Assembly: GCF_964204645.1 (NCBI RefSeq)
Contig: NC_134029.1
Span: forward strand, 7,838,850-7,902,849
Direction of reading: 5' to 3'
DNA length: 64,000 nt
Source: Tubulanus polymorphus
Lineage: Eukaryota > Animalia > Nemertea
Part shown: positions 62,492 through 64,000 of the stretch, piece by piece
How the letters are laid out: each line of letters starts with the position of its first letter
Numbering within the stretch: position 1 is the stretch's first letter
The notes under the pieces: generated by a model
The model's input: only the letters and a program-made list of their open reading frames with translations
Told to the model about the DNA's origin: nothing
Databases searched by the model: none
Translations under genes and position numbers: made by a program

Positions 62492-63790
62492 TTAATTCAG
62501 GTATTCCACGTAATTCGCAGGAATCAGTCCAGTTTTACCATTTAGTGTACCTTCTAACCAACCAACCTCACGAGACTGGCGAACTGAAACATAATCAATT
62601 TGCTCAGGCGAATCTTCATTATTTTCAGACTAGAGAAAATTGGATTTAAATCTAGTCTTGGATTTGTAATGGGACTGAAATTAGTTCATACCCTCTCAAA
62701 GAATATGAAACTGGATGTGTGGCAGATCAGATTCCAAGTGCAGATTTAGGGGGTGGACTGAATGGACTAGTCCAGCCCCTTTCAAAATTTGAATTTATAC
62801 CCTCCATAAAGTCTGGAAACGTTTCTTGCTAAGAAAATTTTAAAAGGACAAAAAATAGATCATAGAATAGAAATGGGTCATTATGAGGGCCAGAAAACGC
62901 CATTTTGTCCGACATTTTCTGTGGGGGGGTCACACCAATTTTCGTGCTTGCAGCCCCTCACATAGTCAAATCTGCCCTTTTCAAATTAAGTGCCCATTCC
63001 AATGTTCAGGTCCACCCCTTTGAAGAATCCAAGATCCGCCCTTGTTCTCTTATCTTGTGATATGAAGCAAAAACCGCTGTTTGTCTTATTTCTTATTATT
63101 GGTCGCTTTTACGTTAGTAACACATAAACTGACAGTATAACTTACCATTGTAGATGATGATATTTGGCTCAAATGAAAGCTCTGACGGATTTTCTGCTTC
63201 ACATGAATATATTGTTCTTACACTCCTGTTTTTTAAGAAAATAATATATCACTGCTTAAGTTGATTTTCATATACTGTATACAATTGCACTACAAGAATC
63301 TCGTATCTATTTACAGATTTATCTCATGTATACAGTGGCAGATCCAGACAGGAGCACAAGGAGCACGTGCCCCGTCGCAATTTTCCCATGCCCTTTGCAA
63401 AATACAATGGCAATTTTTTGAGGGCACTATTTTCACCTAAAACTAATAAAACAGCAGTCTGCAGCATAAGATTTAGCTTATATTCTCTTAAATGTCCCTC
63501 AAGTGCCTAGAAATTGGATGAAAATGCACTGAAATTTCAAAATTTTCCTGACCATTGTCTTGGCTGCGTGGATACTTAACTAGCCCCTTTTCAGTATACA
63601 TGACATGTATATGCAATTCTTATTTCTTTGTGCTCCTGTCAAAGTCTGCCCTGGATCCACCCCAGGTTTATCCACATCAGTCATACGGGCAAGTGCAGAG
63701 CAATTACAATCAAAACAAACTTACCGCCCTCCAGGCACAAATGGTCGCGTTTTCTCCTCCGACATGGTTGACAAACTTCCGGATGAATTT
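62492..63790 (-). CDS. ARHGAP26: 3' end of a GRAF-family RhoGAP (ARHGAP26/10/42-like); exons 63725-63790, 63146-63225, 62492-62583; gene starts beyond the right edge
   Basis: Spliced product ...NSSGSLSTMSEEKTRPFVPGGR-SVRTIYSCEAENPSELSFEPNIIIYN-VRQSREVGWLEGTLNGKTGLIPANYVEYLN* is a GRAF-type C-terminal SH3. All junctions are GT-AG and phase-compatible. Not in the ORF track. Confidence 0.85.
62735..63044. mobile_element. MITE of the CA(G/A)(T/G)GGCGGATCC-terminus family
   Basis: caagtgcagatttagggggtggac ... gtccacccctt...agatccgcccttg. Confidence 0.6.
63333..63665. mobile_element. MITE of the CAGTGGCGGATCC-terminus family
   Basis: cagtggcagatccagacaggagcacaa ... ttgtgctcctgtc...ctggatccacccc. 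Confidence 0.65.
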
Positions 63791-64000
63791 CTGTCAATAA
63801 TAAAAGCAGCAGAAGATAATGAAATTTTGCAATAAAATTACGAAAGAAACCGGTTCATCGCGCTACAGTAGGCGGCTGCTGATGTCATAATGCGAAGTGA
63901 CACCGCAATACACTGATGTATGGTTATAGAGAATAATGTCGCAAAAAAACTCATTTCAAGACATGAAAATCAAAAATCAAAAAACAAATATCCTCATAAT

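Noticed and set aside
63555-63835. Plus-strand ORFs at the right end
   Set aside because: They overlap a MITE and the antisense of a GRAF-family exon; the minus-strand spliced reading is much better supported.

Overview
Eukaryotic, intron-rich, AT-rich genomic DNA from an animal. TTAGGG-type repeats and the gene content suggest a non-arthropod, non-nematode invertebrate (inference). Gene order: (1) the 5' part of an HCN (Ih) channel gene on the minus strand, whose long intron runs off the left edge and contains an intronless V-ATPase subunit e gene on the plus strand; (2) a complete multi-exon C2CD3 gene (minus, about 19.4-39.8 kb); (3) a secreted SOUL/heme-binding-family gene (plus, 4 coding exons); (4) a ~10.5 kb tandem array of five intact intronless histamine-N-methyltransferase-like genes plus at least three pseudogene relics (minus); (5) spartin/SPG20 (plus, 6 coding exons); (6) the last three exons (SH3 domain) of a GRAF/ARHGAP26-family gene (minus). 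Many small non-autonomous DNA transposons are present. The most notable items are the two-subtype methyltransferase array, a TIR/TSD-bounded element carrying a tRNA-like Pol III module plus telomere-like repeats, an A-B-A templated duplication at the SOUL start codon, the nested V-ATPase e retrogene, and a strong excess of the TAGGCCTA palindrome. All homology calls are by recognition of translated motifs, with no database search, and exon boundaries were read by eye.
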